This document shows positions 60,921 through 64,000 of a stretch of 64,000 nt of DNA, piece after piece. The DNA lies in NCBI GenBank assembly GCA_004022145.1, contig RCNU01000001.1, one strand, 5' to 3'. Below the pieces are notes generated by a model that saw only the letters and a list, made by a program, of their open reading frames with translations, had not been told where the DNA came from and did no database searches. How positions within the stretch are numbered: position 1 is the first letter of the stretch; each line of letters opens with the position of its first letter. This DNA comes from Paecilomyces variotii (taxonomy: Eukaryota). The position numbers and the translations under genes are program-made.

Positions 60921-62124
60921 TTACCAAGTCGTATTATGACGGACTCTCCGAACCGCCTCGTTCGGTCGCTTCCGGACAATCATCCAGAACATGATTGCGG
61001 TGGCGGCAGACAAGCCGTACCTGATGGGCATCAGTAATGGGATTCATCGAGCTTCGCAGTGCACGAGCGCCAATGCTGATCGGCCATAGCATCCTTCACG
61101 GGCAGCACTTACCAGGTGAAGATATACTGCATGTGGTTGTTCCTTAGGTTGACTTCGGGCGCACGACCAATTGGTATGCCCTTGGCCGCTCTATCCCACG
61201 ATTCGATCAGACCCGGCGCTATAGAATGCCACGTTGATTAGCATGGGAAAGGGTGTACTGTATAGGGATATCTTATGGGGGATCTCACTCATAGTCTCTT
61301 CAATCCAGACAGGTTGACTTCCAGTAAACTCTGCCATCTGGTACACATCAGGGAAATAGAACTTCCCCTCCTCGGGCTTGTTGTCTGGCGTAAACATGTT
61401 CTTCTTCCACGGTTCCCGTAGCAGGCCCTCGACAACAACCTCCCCCTTGGGCAAGCCTAGCTCTCTATCCTTCTGATCGGCCATAGTCTTTGAGATCCAG
61501 CCTCTGTTCACCAAGATGGTGCTTTCGCCCTCTCCCCGCTCGAGCGGGGTCACGACAAAGTATCCATCTTCGCCCTCATACATGCGCGGACCGACCAGCA
61601 TCTCTTGATCATGTCGGAAGTGGCCCCTAGCGTAGACACGGCGGTAATCAAACTCGGAGATCGCTTCAGGGTCAATCCGCGGCGGGAGCGGCAGCGGAGG
61701 CTTGACGAGACGGTCCTCGTATTTCGCAATCAACTTGGTCTTCCAGTCCAGACGCTGAACCTGCCAGGTGCCCAGAATAAAGGCCGTAACAGGAATTAAA
61801 GCTATACGATACCCAACCTATTAGCTCTTATTATGCGCTTGCTTATGGACAATGGCAATTTGTACCCAAAATAATGAGACCAGGTCCATGTTTCCGACCC
61901 GTGCGAACAATCCTAGATGGGTTATCGACGACTGAAATCCATCTGGGGTCATCTGCCAGCTGACGGGGACCGCTAGATTGGCGGATCTGCGGTTGTCGAC
62001 TTCGCAAATGCATTGGTTGAACATTATGGCTCGGAGACAAGCCCGGACGGGGCACGATGCGAGACGACGCCCGCCATGATGCGGAGGCGGCTCTGCGCAT
62101 GATTGAATTATTAAAAGACTGCAT
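60921..62124 (-). CDS. SHY1: SURF1/Shy1 cytochrome c oxidase assembly protein (325 aa)
   Basis: Exons 62124-61866, 61801-61289, 61218-61113 and 61020-60921. LGTWQVQRLDWK, ILVNRGW and NLRNNHMQYIFTW|YGLS; mitochondrial presequence-like N-terminus. Confidence 0.95.
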
Positions 62125-62369
62125 GGTTCAATTGCGGCTTCGAGAACCAGCAAAAGCAAAAAAAAGAAACGAGCGAGCTGGAACAGGAAGCCAAGATGTA
62201 TGTATGTATGGGTTATCAAATGTTCTTTTCGCGGACGCAGACGGAGCAAAGCAAAGGTTACTTACTTAGCTTGGCCCGTGCGGCCCGACGATCCTCCGCC
62301 TCTGGATCATGTCATATCAGTACGTCGCTATCGAGAAGAGAGCATGTGTTGGGACAATTATCGCCCACG

Positions 62370-63972
62370 ATGTTCTACGAGGGGCCGCTGCAGGATGGCA
62401 TCGAGCTTGCTGTCCGAGAGTCAAAGCTAGTCGTCTGTTTCGTTCGAGGTTCGCATTTCCTTATTCTATCTTGGATGACTCGTGTGCGTCGTCACTAATC
62501 GATGTGGTCGTACAGATGATTCGCAAGAGAGCTCCGAATGGGAGAATGAGTATTTCGCAGATGAAGAGGTATGGTCCCTTGATTCGGTCATACATTCACG
62601 ACGGACATGTTAAGCTAACAGTGAAGCAGATAACCCAATTATTGAAGGACAAGTCTGTGACTCTGCGACTGAAAGAAGGCACCCAGGAAGCTGGCTTCCT
62701 GTCGTCTTTCTGCTCGATCAGCAAATACCCTACTGTGGTAGTCGTCAAGTATGTGGGACAGAAACTGGGATTATAGAGAAATCGGAGCTAATCGACGGTT
62801 AGAAATGGCATGCTCAATGAATACATAGTGGCGGGGACGTCGAAGGATGCCTTCCGCAACCGCCTCAAGGCAGTCCTTGTAGGAAACCCTGAAACGGCAA
62901 TATCCGCCCCTGCTTCGTCGGCACGCAGCGCTGGAGAGGATAATGCTGCCGCCGCCCAGCTACCATCAGCTCCATCCACTGCTGCTAGCGCTCCGCAGCC
63001 CGCGCAACCTGCGCAGTCTACACCACCTGCGCAGCCTGTAGCGCAGGAATCCAAGACGGAATCGAAACCCGAGAAGAAGGAAACGGAAACGGGACATATG
63101 GGGCCATCGAAGAGGCCCGGGCACAAAGTTTCGAATGAACAAGCAGAAAGCAGAGCACAACGGCATCGAGAGGAGCGGGAACGAGCGTCCAAGCAGGCCA
63201 AGCAGGATCAGGAGGAAGTCAAGCGCAAAGAAGCGCAATCAAAGCCCACCTCTTCGAGAACAATCAACGAAGCCGCCACACCGGCAGTAGAGCGCCCACA
63301 GCCTCGAGCACCAACACAGTACCGCCTACAGGTCCGTCTTTTCGACGGCAGCTCCGTGCGCTCTAGTTTCTCCCCAACCGATACTATCCGCGCCAATGTT
63401 CGTCCTTGGCTGGAAGAGAAGCGCACCGATGGCGATCGTCCTTACACGCTGAAGCACGTCCTAACCCCTCTTCCCAACCATACCATCTCCGTGTCCGAGG
63501 AGGAGCAAACGCTACAGGAACTTGGCCTTGGCCCGACTGCTAACCTCGTCATGGTCCCGGTACAGTCGTACACTGAGGCCTACGCCTCAGTAGCTAGCTT
63601 CCCAGTCAGAGGACTATATGCAGGCTACAACCTAGTATCTGGCGCGGTGGGCGCTGTAACCGGCACAATCGGTTCGATCTTGGGTTACGGCGGAAACCAA
63701 ACCGCTCCTGGCAGTGATTCCAACAACACATCTCCACCTCCATCTCAACGACCAGGAAATGGCGCTGCGAGACCGAGAAACGGTGTTGGTCTTAATGTCC
63801 GAACGTTGAGAGACCAAAGAGATGAGCGGCGCGATAATCAATTCTACAATGGAAATCAGGTATACCGAACCATAACCCACTGGAGCAATACCAAGGGATA
63901 ACATCACTGACTTTTTTTTTTTTAATGATATAGCTAAACTTTGAGCCCCGACGGGATAATGACCAACGATAA
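62370..63972 (+). CDS. UBX-domain Cdc48 cofactor (Ubx7/UBXN4-like, 448 aa)
   Basis: Exons 62370-62448, 62516-62568, 62630-62748, 62803-63859 and 63934-63972. MFYEGPLQDGI N-terminus, UBX domain YRLQVRLFDGSSVRSSF...LGPTANLVMVP and QFYNGNQ|LNFEP. Confidence 0.88.
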
Positions 63973-64000
63973 GCTCGTTCGTACGGGATGATATCTATTG

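Noticed and set aside
1..64000. Stop-codon readthrough (TGA CTA) peroxisomal extensions, stwintrons, CRISPR arrays, intact transposons
   Set aside because: The stops I checked lack the TGA CTA context; all modelled introns resolve as simple GT-AG; no repeat-spacer arrays or transposase/RT ORFs were seen.

Overview
Gene-dense eukaryotic DNA from a filamentous ascomycete, most likely Eurotiales/Eurotiomycetes (short GT-AG introns with CTRAY branch points, Aspergillus-like proteins). I assembled 23 protein-coding genes by hand; for every complete model the exon lengths sum to a multiple of 3. They are NVJ2 (partial), RBA50, HPC2, IFRD-domain protein, paraoxonase-like, OSH3, SPT6, STE7/mkkB, LaeA-like methyltransferase, NBR1, CASC3/Btz-like, NOP13, IEC3, RRP4, LETM1-like, TPS2/orlA, a small ABM-domain gene absent from the ORF track, racA, NOP6, CMS1, CENP-T, SHY1 and a UBX protein. 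There is also one probable pseudogene and some microsatellites. I saw no rRNA, convincing tRNA, CRISPR array or intact transposon. This is mostly a housekeeping neighbourhood and I cannot claim a new system. The best leads are the hidden ABM gene ending in a PTS1-type SKM, uORFs in the IFRD, racA and TPS2 leaders (racA's lies inside a leader intron), a recurrent GTTAGTTA(ACT) upstream motif, frequent AAG splice acceptors (11 of 53), a promoter-like or structured element in a convergent gap, and a frameshifted gene remnant. Family assignments come from motif recognition, not database searches.
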